A stretch of 64,000 bases of DNA, taken from positions 189,665-253,664 of the IMG/VR virus record IMGVR_UViG_3300017917_002466. The stretch is one strand, 5' to 3'. The position numbers were made by a program, and so were the translations under genes. Positions 38,804 to 47,361 of the stretch are shown one piece after another. The notes beneath the pieces were generated by a model, which was not told where the DNA came from, did not search any database, and saw only the letters and a program-made list of their open reading frames with translations. Every line of letters begins with the position of its first letter. Position 1 is the stretch's first letter.

Positions 38804-39531
38804 AATTTCTCATATGGTTTTTTGTTTTTAATTTCATTAGCAGAATTCAACTGTTGCATTACATTTTTTCTAAAGTCATTGATTGGATTATTGTCGTTAT
38901 AAACATACAACGTCTTTTCTATAAATCGGATTCTTTCAGCCCCACTCATTTCAAGCAAAGGATACATTATAGCCATATCCCACGCCATTGCATAATATCT
39001 TCCAAACGCATCTCTCAAATCCTTATCTTCTATCTTTTTCCATAGCCAATATTTGAATGTTCTTAAGTGTGAAGTTACCCAGGAGTCTTTTCTATAATTT
39101 TGAATACTTGGAATTGGTTTACAAAAGCCATTATGCATACCAGATTCGCTTACAAAAGAGCCATAAGTCATCCAATTTTTCTCTTTAGTATAAACTTCAT
39201 CTAAATAGCTTAAAACGTATTGGTCATAAAGCCAATCATCACCATCTAATAAAACTATTACTTCTTCATCATCTTTACAAATACTTTGAATTCCATAAAC
39301 TATATTTTCCATTGCTCCAATATTTAAACTTCTTTTCATTACCTTAAAAAATTCTTTTAAGTTATGACTTTTAATAGTTTCCTTAATAGATTCAATCGTT
39401 TTATCCGTTGAGTTATCATCTATTATAATTGCTTTCCAATTCTTATATTCTTGGTTTATTAGTGATTCAATACACTTAGAAATCCATTTCTCTGAATTAT
39501 AAACTGGTATTATTATTCTAAAGCTTATCAT
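38800..39531 (-). CDS. GT2 glycosyltransferase
   Basis: IIIPVYN, IIDDNSTD, LDGDDWL, SHLRTF, D.A.M.P..EM. Confidence 0.9.
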   Translation of the reverse strand: MISFRIIIPVYNSEKWISKCIESLINQEYKNWKAIIIDDNSTDKTIESIKETIKSHNLKEFFKVMKRSLNIGAMENIVYGIQSICKDDEEVIVLLDGDDWLYDQYVLSYLDEVYTKEKNWMTYGSFVSESGMHNGFCKPIPSIQNYRKDSWVTSHLRTFKYWLWKKIEDKDLRDAFGRYYAMAWDMAIMYPLLEMSGAERIRFIEKTLYVYNDNNPINDFRKNVMQQLNSANEIKNKKPYEKL

Positions 39532-40334
39532 ATTCTAAGTTCCTTTATCCATTTTTCAACAATTTTTTGCTTATCAAATTCATACTCAATATTCAAATAG
39601 TTTTTTCCTTCAATAACATGAAGCTTTTTATCTGCCATTCTAGCCTCACCAGGAACATAAGGAGCACATTCTCTAATAGAAGAAAAGTAAAGATCAGTAA
39701 AGGAATCATACATCTTTTGCTTGTTTTCTTCGTATCCTTTATAAACTACTTTATTTCCATCCACTAATTTTGAAACTTCGGTCTGCCAATACCAAGGGTC
39801 TGTTATTGCTCCATATATATAAATCTTTTCACAACCATCTTCTAATGCTCTCTTGATAGAAAGATGGACTTGTTTATTCTTATCTACAGAACCAACTATT
39901 CCTCCAATTTTTCCTTGAAGATTAGAATTGGGCTTTAAATCTTCAAGAATATTGGGAAGTATGAAGTATGGATGATCTAGTCCATGATAATTCCTCTGGT
40001 GTTCGCTAACATAATGAATCTTGTCAAATATCTCATACTTTATATTTACGAGTGGAAATATGTCTTGTTCGTGGCAGGAAAGGAAAAAACCTTTGATTGG
40101 TGGTCTTTCAATGAAGTTACTTCTAAAATGGACTACTAAAGTATCTTCTTTATTAACTTTAAGTCTACTATTTGGAGTATACTGTTCTGCTTTGCACTTA
40201 TTCAAATGCCATGAGTGGGGCCCCATGAATACTGTTTCATAGCCGGACTCGTTCAAAGCATTAGTCAAATTTATGAAAGAAACAGTTGATCCACCTTGAG
40301 CACTCCACCCACTGAGTATAATTATTTTTCCCAT
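39528..40334 (-). CDS. GT4-like (GT-B) glycosyltransferase
   Basis: GGS, HE, YVSEHQ, IVGSVDKNK, SIREC..YV..EA. Confidence 0.65.
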   Translation of the reverse strand: MGKIIILSGWSAQGGSTVSFINLTNALNESGYETVFMGPHSWHLNKCKAEQYTPNSRLKVNKEDTLVVHFRSNFIERPPIKGFFLSCHEQDIFPLVNIKYEIFDKIHYVSEHQRNYHGLDHPYFILPNILEDLKPNSNLQGKIGGIVGSVDKNKQVHLSIKRALEDGCEKIYIYGAITDPWYWQTEVSKLVDGNKVVYKGYEENKQKMYDSFTDLYFSSIRECAPYVPGEARMADKKLHVIEGKNYLNIEYEFDKQKIVEKWIKELRI

Positions 40335-40510
40335 TAAACACCCTCTAATATTTTAGAAGCTCTTGAACTCATAAACTTTAATAAAGTTTTATTCCATTTT
40401 TCTCCGTTAAACAATCTTGAAGCAATATTATTATTTTGAATAATATGTTGTATTTTTCCAATAATATCTTCCATGAAATAATTAGAATAGTCAAATGTAC
40501 CACCGCTCAT
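40334..40510 (-). CDS. 58-aa hypothetical protein (not in ORF track)
   Basis: MSGGTFDYSN...ILEGV*; AGGGG SD; TAATG overlap with the next gene. Confidence 0.55.
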   Translation of the reverse strand: MSGGTFDYSNYFMEDIIGKIQHIIQNNNIASRLFNGEKWNKTLLKFMSSRASKILEGV

Positions 40511-40526
40511 AAAAACCCCTAAAAAT

Positions 40527-40565
40527 GAAAAGAAAGGAATAAAGTCATTACAACTTTATTCCCCT
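40527..40565 (-). terminator. intrinsic terminator
   Basis: GGAATAAAGT-loop-ACTTTATTCC followed by TTTCTTTT. Confidence 0.75.
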
Positions 40566-40577
40566 CTAATACGAAGA

Positions 40578-40730
40578 TCAGGCAGACTCTTGAATGATCT
40601 CATGAACTCTTGACTTACTCACTCCGGTGATCTCCGCAATCTGCCTAGTACTCTTACCCTTATCATGGTAAAGCTTACAAATCCTCTCGTCACGCTTCGC
40701 CCTCTGCTTCTCAGTCAACACCTTTGCCAT
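40578..40730 (-). CDS. 50-aa helix-turn-helix DNA-binding protein (not in ORF track)
   Basis: MAKVLTEKQRAKRDERICKLYHDKGKSTRQIAEITGVSKSRVHEII; GGAGG SD; own promoter and terminator. Confidence 0.85.
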   Translation of the reverse strand: MAKVLTEKQRAKRDERICKLYHDKGKSTRQIAEITGVSKSRVHEIIQESA

Positions 40731-40801
40731 ACAAACCTCCTATCAAAAAAGTGAAAGTGATTAATAAAATGGTTCAAACACTTCTATGAACCAACAATAT
40801 A

Positions 40802-40830
40802 ATGATAACATTTTCTTTTATATATGTCAA
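40802..40830 (-). promoter_or_regulatory. sigma70-type promoter
   Basis: TTGACA-17 nt-TATCAT with TG extension. Confidence 0.8.
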
Positions 40831-40837
40831 TGGTTTT

Positions 40838-41218
40838 TTATGAAACAACAAATAATCTTACAAAAAATATTTCAGCCTTATTATAATCTTCAACCCAATC
40901 ATAAATAATAGCTTCTGGATTTCCTTCTTCATCATCATAAGTTACTTCTGTTGCCAACTCTTTTAAAGTTTTATCACAAAACTCTTTATATTGCTTAGTA
41001 TCCATTTCATAAAGATAGACAAGTCCATTAAGAGCTTTAACATCTTTAAAAAAGTCATCATTTTTCAATTCCTCTAAAGAATTCCATTTAAATATTTTAG
41101 CAGCTAATGGTACATTATTAATTAGTGTTACCGGAGCAAAAGCTACTTCAACTTTTTCAACACCGAGTTCTTTCTGAATAAATTCTTTTGTTAGATAAAA
41201 AGTATTTACATATTTCAT
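40838..41218 (-). CDS. hypothetical protein
   Basis: GGAGG SD; tiled. Confidence 0.7.
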   Translation of the reverse strand: MKYVNTFYLTKEFIQKELGVEKVEVAFAPVTLINNVPLAAKIFKWNSLEELKNDDFFKDVKALNGLVYLYEMDTKQYKEFCDKTLKELATEVTYDDEEGNPEAIIYDWVEDYNKAEIFFVRLFVVS

Positions 41219-41319
41219 TATAAGCCTCCTATTTCGGGATTATATTTCCCCAAACAAAATATTGCTTCTTTAGAAACTTCGGATAAGCTATCTATAGTTT
41301 TATATTCAAAAAATTTCAT
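41218..41319 (-). CDS. 33-aa hypothetical peptide
   Basis: GGAGGG SD; overlaps both neighbours at start and stop. Confidence 0.4.
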   Translation of the reverse strand: MKFFEYKTIDSLSEVSKEAIFCLGKYNPEIGGL

Positions 41320-41489
41320 ATTCCCTCCATATGTTTGATATGTTTTTCAAACCCTTCATAATTTTCTTTGGCTATCTTTCTAGTTTCTTCATCTGGAGCC
41401 ATTTCTATTTGTTTCCCCATCATAGAAAGAATTGATTTAGCATTCTCAATTTCCTTTTTCAGTTCTTCTTTTTGAGTTTCAGTTATCAT
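41316..41489 (-). CDS. 57-aa coiled-coil hypothetical protein
   Basis: AAGGAG SD; MITETQKEELKKEIENAK. Confidence 0.6.
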   Translation of the reverse strand: MITETQKEELKKEIENAKSILSMMGKQIEMAPDEETRKIAKENYEGFEKHIKHMEGI

Positions 41490-41537
41490 AATTTAAACTC
41501 CTTTGTAAAATTGTATCAATACTAACTATTGAAAATA

Positions 41538-42083
41538 TTAAAAAATACGATCATTTAGTTTTATAAAAATATCATCAATCAAAATTGGTTTAAATCCTAT
41601 CATTTCAACGGAACAATTAAACATATTACTTTTTAGTTTATCATTTGCTTCTTTATCATTATGAATATGCCCACACAATTCAATATCTTCATCAAAATCA
41701 TAAATTGGTTCGTGACAAAGTAATATTGTTTTATCTTTATATTTAAGACTAATAGGACCATCATACGCATTAATTGTAGTATATTCGTTCAAATAAGTAT
41801 CGTGATTTCCTAGAAGAAATTTTTTAATACCTGGTAAACTATCATAAAGTATTTGTGCGGTGGCATATTTGTTTGGATGACCAATTACCCAATCGCCCAA
41901 ATGAAATATAATATCTTCTGGTGATACTGTTTCACACCAATTCATATACATCAGTTCATTCATTTGTTCAATGCTTATAAATTGCTTTCTAAGCCCAAAA
42001 TCAAATGCTAAACGACTATGAAACCAATGACAATCACTAATAACATAAAAAGGTTTATCAAATTCTCCAATAAAATTAATCAA
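41538..42083 (-). CDS. calcineurin-like metallophosphoesterase
   Basis: ISDCH, HLGD, GNHD, LCHEP, GHIH, N.SVE. Confidence 0.92.
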   Translation of the reverse strand: MINFIGEFDKPFYVISDCHWFHSRLAFDFGLRKQFISIEQMNELMYMNWCETVSPEDIIFHLGDWVIGHPNKYATAQILYDSLPGIKKFLLGNHDTYLNEYTTINAYDGPISLKYKDKTILLCHEPIYDFDEDIELCGHIHNDKEANDKLKSNMFNCSVEMIGFKPILIDDIFIKLNDRIF

Positions 42084-42601
42084 TGAAAACTCCTTTCAAG
42101 TTGTTCTTTATAAACTTGTAACTTCAAAAATTTCTCTGTACTTCCACCCTTATCTGGATGGTATTTCAAAACAAGTGATCTATAGCTTCTTACTAATTCT
42201 TCCTTTGTAAAGTTTGGTTTCAATCCCAAGAAAACTAAAGCTTCATTCTTTACTTCAGCAATATTAATCTTCGTTGTAGAGTATCTAAACTCTAAGTCTA
42301 GAAACTTCTTATTGATGATGAAGATATAATAGTTCAATCCAATGTTTCTAATTCTACTGAATACAGATACCCAAATCAAATTACAGTTGGCATTCTTTAC
42401 AGAATTATATATAGTATCCATATACTTCAAGGTTTTATTAACGGCTTCAACAAAATTATGTGGACAACCTAAAATTATCTTACCGTTCTCATCAGAAATC
42501 TCATTGTAGAAATCTATCCACAACTGGTCTATGATATAGGATGTTTGATCTGGGTGTGCGCGTAAGTAGTTAACCAACTCAACTACATTCAACATTATCA
42601 A
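42080..42601 (-). CDS. J-domain (DnaJ-like) protein
   Basis: C-terminal LGL......[18 protein letters not shown]. Confidence 0.85.
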   Translation of the reverse strand: MIMLNVVELVNYLRAHPDQTSYIIDQLWIDFYNEISDENGKIILGCPHNFVEAVNKTLKYMDTIYNSVKNANCNLIWVSVFSRIRNIGLNYYIFIINKKFLDLEFRYSTTKINIAEVKNEALVFLGLKPNFTKEELVRSYRSLVLKYHPDKGGSTEKFLKLQVYKEQLERSFH

Positions 42602-42611
42602 CCTCTTTCAA

Positions 42612-43196
42612 TTATCTTTTGAACGAATAATAGAAGTCTACTAAACTTCTATCCTTCTTTACTTTTTCAAATACTTCCTTGGAGTCTTTATTGGTTCTTA
42701 TGATTTTGTAATCTTCTACGGGGTTTCTTTCGCCGGTTTCTGATCTTTGCTGGGATTGCTTGATTGCGACTTCTTCGGGAACATCTATGTGAATGAGCAC
42801 TGTTGTAAATCCATTTGCCTTTGCAAGCTGAAGTTTCGCAATAGTTCCATTTAGATTTGCATTAGTACCAGTATGAATGAAGGATTCTTTTTTAGTAAAG
42901 GCTATTGGGAGTTCTTTTTTAAACTGAGAGGTAGCTTTACCGGCGAGTTCTCTTTTGTATTCTCCGCCGCCTATCTTAGAAGCTAAAATATCTACATCAT
43001 AAACTGGTAAGTTACCAACTACTTTCTTTAGAACATTATCAATGAAGTATGTCTTTCCTGAACCAATTCCACCACCAACGGAAATAAAGAGCTTATCTTC
43101 TAAATAGGTCTTCAAGTCGTCAATATTGTTTAACGACCTACCATAAAAGGTATCGCTCTCGTAAAACTCAATAAAGTTATGGATTTGGTAGGTCAT
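42612..43196 (-). CDS. P-loop kinase (zeta-toxin/AAA_33-like)
   Basis: GGGIGSGKT, DVD, SF...GT, GF...LI.I......A; NFIEFYES tag. Confidence 0.8.
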   Translation of the reverse strand: MTYQIHNFIEFYESDTFYGRSLNNIDDLKTYLEDKLFISVGGGIGSGKTYFIDNVLKKVVGNLPVYDVDILASKIGGGEYKRELAGKATSQFKKELPIAFTKKESFIHTGTNANLNGTIAKLQLAKANGFTTVLIHIDVPEEVAIKQSQQRSETGERNPVEDYKIIRTNKDSKEVFEKVKKDRSLVDFYYSFKR

Positions 43197-43593
43197 AAGA
43201 AGAATCCCCTCGCATTGCATCATCTACGGCTAAAGGTTTATAACTCTGTGGTGGTTTTGGTTCTTCCTTTGGAAGTATCTTTACCTTCTCCACCTTATCT
43301 TGAATGTTTCGCAGAAATTTACTCTTTGCTTTATTAATGATTTCGTGAATTCTCTGCTTGACCTTCTTTATATATGAGTTATCACCTTGCATATACTGTC
43401 GGATTTCGTTTCCAACAGCCACATCAAAATCGCCGTAGTTAGGGAATCTTCTTTCAAGATAGTTACAAAGTCTTGAAACAAATGCAGGATTTAAACCAAC
43501 TGAAGCAGACTCTTCCTCTATCAGAAGTTTTACTTCATTGGTGAAAGCTTTGGCTTCGCTTTCTTGAAAATAATGATCTTGAAATTTCTTCAT
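43177..43593 (-). CDS. hypothetical protein
   Basis: MKKFQDHYFQESEA tag. Confidence 0.7.
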   Translation of the reverse strand: MKKFQDHYFQESEAKAFTNEVKLLIEEESASVGLNPAFVSRLCNYLERRFPNYGDFDVAVGNEIRQYMQGDNSYIKKVKQRIHEIINKAKSKFLRNIQDKVEKVKILPKEEPKPPQSYKPLAVDDAMRGDSSYDLPNP

Positions 43594-44540
43594 TATAGCA
43601 TTGTCTTTTCTGAAAGGTATATAGTAGATTCTTTCAAATGACTTTCAAGATTACTTCTTAACCTCTTTATAACTTCGTCTTCATTCTGTTTCAAACAAAA
43701 TGCCGATACAATGAATTCTCTTAGCTGTGCAAAGGTGAAATCCTTTGTCTTCTCAGCCAACTCCATAATCCTCTTTTCATCCTGATGTTCCTTTAGCTTT
43801 GCTTTTAAGTAGGCATATCTTCCAGTTGTTGGTGGATTTCCAATCTCTATCTTCCTATCAAATCTGGAAGCTCTAAGAATTCTAGGAGGAAGTCTATCAA
43901 TATAGTTAGTTGTTCCAAGAAACAATACATTGTTGGTCTGTGCATCACCATCAAAAAGCTCAAGGATAGCGTGTTCTCCATACTTTACAATCTCGTCAAT
44001 GTCTTCCATAATGACAAGAATCTTTCTCTCTGGCTCAACTTCTCTTACAACTTTAAGTGCTTCAACAAGGTCGTGTGCTTCTCTAGTAATGAAAACTATG
44101 TTACCCTTACTTACCATATCTTCCATTGCTAACTTCAAAAGTGCACTCTTACCACTTCCCGGTTGACCATAAAGAAGAACTCCTCTCTTATGAGTGAATC
44201 CATACTTCTTAAAATCATCCTTCAATGTCCAGAAGTTATCAATCTCTTGAAGTATCTTAGTATAACGAGAATCTTCAAAGCGAAGAATATCATCAGTATT
44301 AATATCGTGAACTTCAAAGAAAACACCAGACATATTTCTCTGTATTCTGAAAACACCAGCGGGAATAGTCTTCTCGGTTACTACTTCACCAACAGGCTGA
44401 AAAGAATTACCTTGCACGATATACTTCTTGTAAATCTGCTTTCTCTTACTTGGTTGTGTTGAAAGAACCTTTGGACCAATATCAATTGGTTCAGCCTTTA
44501 AACAGGATTGATTTTCTTTGATAAATTCTCTAAAGCTCAT
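43593..44540 (-). CDS. classical AAA+ ATPase
   Basis: RGVLLYGQPGSGKS, VIMEDID, TTN..D.L...I.R.SRFD second region of homology; MSFREFIKE tag. Confidence 0.92.
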   Translation of the reverse strand: MSFREFIKENQSCLKAEPIDIGPKVLSTQPSKRKQIYKKYIVQGNSFQPVGEVVTEKTIPAGVFRIQRNMSGVFFEVHDINTDDILRFEDSRYTKILQEIDNFWTLKDDFKKYGFTHKRGVLLYGQPGSGKSALLKLAMEDMVSKGNIVFITREAHDLVEALKVVREVEPERKILVIMEDIDEIVKYGEHAILELFDGDAQTNNVLFLGTTNYIDRLPPRILRASRFDRKIEIGNPPTTGRYAYLKAKLKEHQDEKRIMELAEKTKDFTFAQLREFIVSAFCLKQNEDEVIKRLRSNLESHLKESTIYLSEKTML

Positions 44541-44839
44541 ATTAAAACCCCCTTTCCTAAAATATCTTCAACCATCCATCTTGCTCTTGTTTGAATCTTT
44601 GCAATAAGCTCTTCTTTATCTTGAACTACTGCACCTTTCTTAATGGCTATTCCAATTGCTTCAGCAGCTTCTCTTGCCTTTATCATAGCGTTACTTAACT
44701 TTATAACATTTGAATTAAGCAACTTTTGATAGTCTTTTCCTTTTGGTTGTTGTGCCAAAGGGGATTCTATTGGCTCTTCACCAATGGCTTCACCTAGGTA
44801 TCTTTCAGCTTCACCTAGGTATTTTTTGTAATCTTTCAT
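44537..44839 (-). CDS. hypothetical protein with duplicated tag
   Basis: MKDYKKYLGEAERYLGEAIGE; late promoter at 44858-44865. Confidence 0.75.
   Translation of the reverse strand: MKDYKKYLGEAERYLGEAIGEEPIESPLAQQPKGKDYQKLLNSNVIKLSNAMIKAREAAEAIGIAIKKGAVVQDKEELIAKIQTRARWMVEDILGKGVLI
44787..44822. repeat. 15-bp direct repeat, 21-bp period (YLGEA x2)
   Basis: GCTTCACCTAGGTAT at 44787 and 44808. Confidence 0.85.
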
Positions 44840-44857
44840 ATTACTTACCCCGTATAA

Positions 44858-44865
44858 TATTTATA
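44858..44865 (-). promoter_or_regulatory. T4-type late promoter
   Basis: TATAAATA overlapping the stop codon of the upstream gene. Confidence 0.6.
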
Positions 44866-46273
44866 AATTCTTTAATCTTATAATATTAGCTATTTCTTCT
44901 TTTTCTTCGGTTGTTAAAATCTCTGGTGTCCATTTCATTGATTTTAGATATTCCAAATTGTTTCTTATATTAGAAGCTGAAATTTTTTCATCCGATTCTT
45001 CGCCCACTCTACCGAATTCCATAATCCGTACTTTAGAGTATTTATCTTTATGTTTTACAAAATAATCATACTTCTTCGTATCGCCTTCTGTTCCTCCGAT
45101 AAGAACCTGACTAACTTCGTTCTGGTGAGTATCCACCCAATCGTATATATCTTTAACCGGTGTTATTTTACTTAACAATATTTCAACTGGTTTGTTGATA
45201 TGCCTTATATAAACTTCCCATATCTTTTTAGATTGTTCGGCTGTGATAGTTTCTCCTTCTCTCAGCTTATGACCAATAAAAATGATTATCTTATCAGACT
45301 GTTTTGATAGTTGTTCAACTATACTAAAATGTCCTTTGTGTGGTGGTTTAAACCCACCGGCATACAATCCTATAATTCCAGCATCACTACTTTCCCAAAA
45401 GTAATGTTCAACAAAGTTGCCAGAGAAAGCCTGTTTGATTTTATTAATGGCTCCCAATTTCATTTTTTCTTTTGCTGTTCCAACTTCACCAGATTTAACT
45501 GATACTAAAGATTGAAAGGTACCAGGGATTCTTCTTCTTGATCTTGGCTGTTTAACTTGTTTATTAACTGAATCTAATAGTTCATCGAAGCTACTATATA
45601 TGTTATAATTGTGAAACAGTTTTTCCACATCAGGCCAATTAGTTGTAGACCAAACATCTATATGTCCAACATCTCTACTATCTTTAACATCAACGACTCT
45701 TAAAGTTAACTTATTAGAGGAAAGATTAAATTCATACTCTTGATCTTTTTCTAATGCGGGCACTTTTCTAATTCCTAATTTCTTAAAAACAGTATTGTAA
45801 TCTTCTTCTAACAACAACACTTTAGCCAAAGCCACCAGTATGCCTTGTTTATCTGCCGGTAGATTTAGGAACTGTTCTTTGAAATCATATTCCTCTGTGG
45901 ACAAAGCAATGATATTATCTATTTGAATATTACCTTCAGCCCCAACAATAGGATACAAAATCGTAATTATTTCACCTGAATTATAATACTTACGTCCTTT
46001 ATATAGTGAAGATTGGAAAGGAACAATAACTCTATCTGGCATAGATGATACATAATCTATAATTGCTTTTTTGACTGCTTTCTTATCGTTTCCCTTAAAA
46101 TGAACTACTATATCTAAATCACCATAATCATCTTTGGATTTTATTTTAGCACTACCTGTTAATTTGGCATTTTGAAAATCAGGAATATTTTGTAGTACTT
46201 TTCTCTGATAATCAGCAAAAGTTCTATCAACATTGCTTTTTAGTATTCTGGAACCACCAGCAACTCCACTCAT
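44861..46273 (-). CDS. pol-beta-like nucleotidyltransferase fused to an HxGH cytidylyl/adenylyltransferase domain
   Basis: TGS......GDLD and QID; GGFKPPHKGH, SASNIR. Confidence 0.8.
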   Translation of the reverse strand: MSGVAGGSRILKSNVDRTFADYQRKVLQNIPDFQNAKLTGSAKIKSKDDYGDLDIVVHFKGNDKKAVKKAIIDYVSSMPDRVIVPFQSSLYKGRKYYNSGEIITILYPIVGAEGNIQIDNIIALSTEEYDFKEQFLNLPADKQGILVALAKVLLLEEDYNTVFKKLGIRKVPALEKDQEYEFNLSSNKLTLRVVDVKDSRDVGHIDVWSTTNWPDVEKLFHNYNIYSSFDELLDSVNKQVKQPRSRRRIPGTFQSLVSVKSGEVGTAKEKMKLGAINKIKQAFSGNFVEHYFWESSDAGIIGLYAGGFKPPHKGHFSIVEQLSKQSDKIIIFIGHKLREGETITAEQSKKIWEVYIRHINKPVEILLSKITPVKDIYDWVDTHQNEVSQVLIGGTEGDTKKYDYFVKHKDKYSKVRIMEFGRVGEESDEKISASNIRNNLEYLKSMKWTPEILTTEEKEEIANIIRLKNL

Positions 46274-47226
46274 TATATTCTCCTATCTTCAAAATAAATA
46301 TCTTCAAACTTTAGCGATTCGGTTTTATACTTTATAAGTTTAGAATTGTCTGGTAAAAACTTTCCTTTTAATCCAAGTCTATCTTGGTTTTTAATCCAGT
46401 ATTCTTGAAGGTCTTCTGGTATATCTGCTCTTGTACTATCTAATATCTTTAGGTAAGTATCGTACAATTTATTCAAATCTTCTTTAGATAGATTAGCTCT
46501 TACAAATTTTTGTAGCTTAAAATAGTCTTCCAGTATATTTTCGTTTATATCAAACTTATATATTTTGTTTAAAAGTTCAATAGCTTCTTTTGGATTGGAA
46601 GCTGCCATCTCTTGCGTTTCTTTATTCTTCACACCATAATTATGCGAGAAGGTATATCCCTTGATTGCATAAAGGGCTAACATAAGTTGTGTTCTGTGCA
46701 ATCCTTTTACATTACCGCTATATGTCGATGAATAATATGCGAAACTAAGCCAATCAATATTACCAACATTCAAATCTATTTGAACCCAATCTTTGAGTTT
46801 CTTTCCCGAAGAATCGAATTGTGGGAAAGCAAAAAACAAAGAACCACCAATACTACCTTTAGTATCTAAATGAATATCCTTGACTTTTTCAAGAATTTTT
46901 TCTGATAGAGCCACTAAAATAGCTCTTTTCATAATTTGCTGGTCTGTGGAAGTTTTTGACCTTTTCTTAAAATTATTGAAAAGACTATTGATATGTTCTT
47001 GGTCTAAATTCCATTCTTTGATGTTCTTAAAAATATCTTCGGATATAGCCAAGTCTATATCACCAGAAACATCCTTCTTTCCTACTGAACCCAGTGTTCT
47101 AATATCTTTAAAGTATTTCCGAGCTTTAGGAAAAACAGTGGCCAACTCTTCATAGAACTTGGCAAGAGTTGGTTCAATGTTTTCCTTGCGAATCGAAGTT
47201 GTTAAATCAAAAACATTTCCACCCAT
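46273..47226 (-). CDS. pol-beta-like nucleotidyltransferase
   Basis: MGGNVF start, LGSVGKK..SGDIDLA, VQIDL, KG.HR. Confidence 0.8.
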   Translation of the reverse strand: MGGNVFDLTTSIRKENIEPTLAKFYEELATVFPKARKYFKDIRTLGSVGKKDVSGDIDLAISEDIFKNIKEWNLDQEHINSLFNNFKKRSKTSTDQQIMKRAILVALSEKILEKVKDIHLDTKGSIGGSLFFAFPQFDSSGKKLKDWVQIDLNVGNIDWLSFAYYSSTYSGNVKGLHRTQLMLALYAIKGYTFSHNYGVKNKETQEMAASNPKEAIELLNKIYKFDINENILEDYFKLQKFVRANLSKEDLNKLYDTYLKILDSTRADIPEDLQEYWIKNQDRLGLKGKFLPDNSKLIKYKTESLKFEDIYFEDRRI

Positions 47227-47248
47227 TATTAGTTCCTTTCTTTAATAG

Positions 47249-47277
47249 ATAATAACATTTTCTTTTTCAAAAATCAA
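47249..47277 (-). promoter_or_regulatory. possible sigma70-type promoter
   Basis: TTGATT-17 nt-TATTAT; shares AAAAGAAAATGTTAT with the 40802-40830 promoter. Confidence 0.5.
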
Positions 47278-47310
47278 CAAGCCAACCAAATTATTAGTTT
47301 GATTGGCTTG
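47270..47310 (-). terminator. intrinsic terminator
   Basis: CAAGCCAATCAAA-loop-TTTGGTTGGCTTG followed by TTGATTTTT. Confidence 0.7.
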
Positions 47311-47361
47311 TCTTCAAATCAATTCCTCTCTTTTTGTTTATTTCAACTTGAAGCCATTTCC

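Noticed and set aside
18497-40334. Bacterial O-antigen/capsule locus (host contamination)
   Set aside because: Continuous strand, tiling and composition with flanking phage genes; no wzx/wzy/wzz or priming transferase
44861-47226. CBASS/cGAS-like cyclase system
   Set aside because: Only generic pol-beta motifs; no Cap2/Cap3, SAVED, patatin or TM effector nearby
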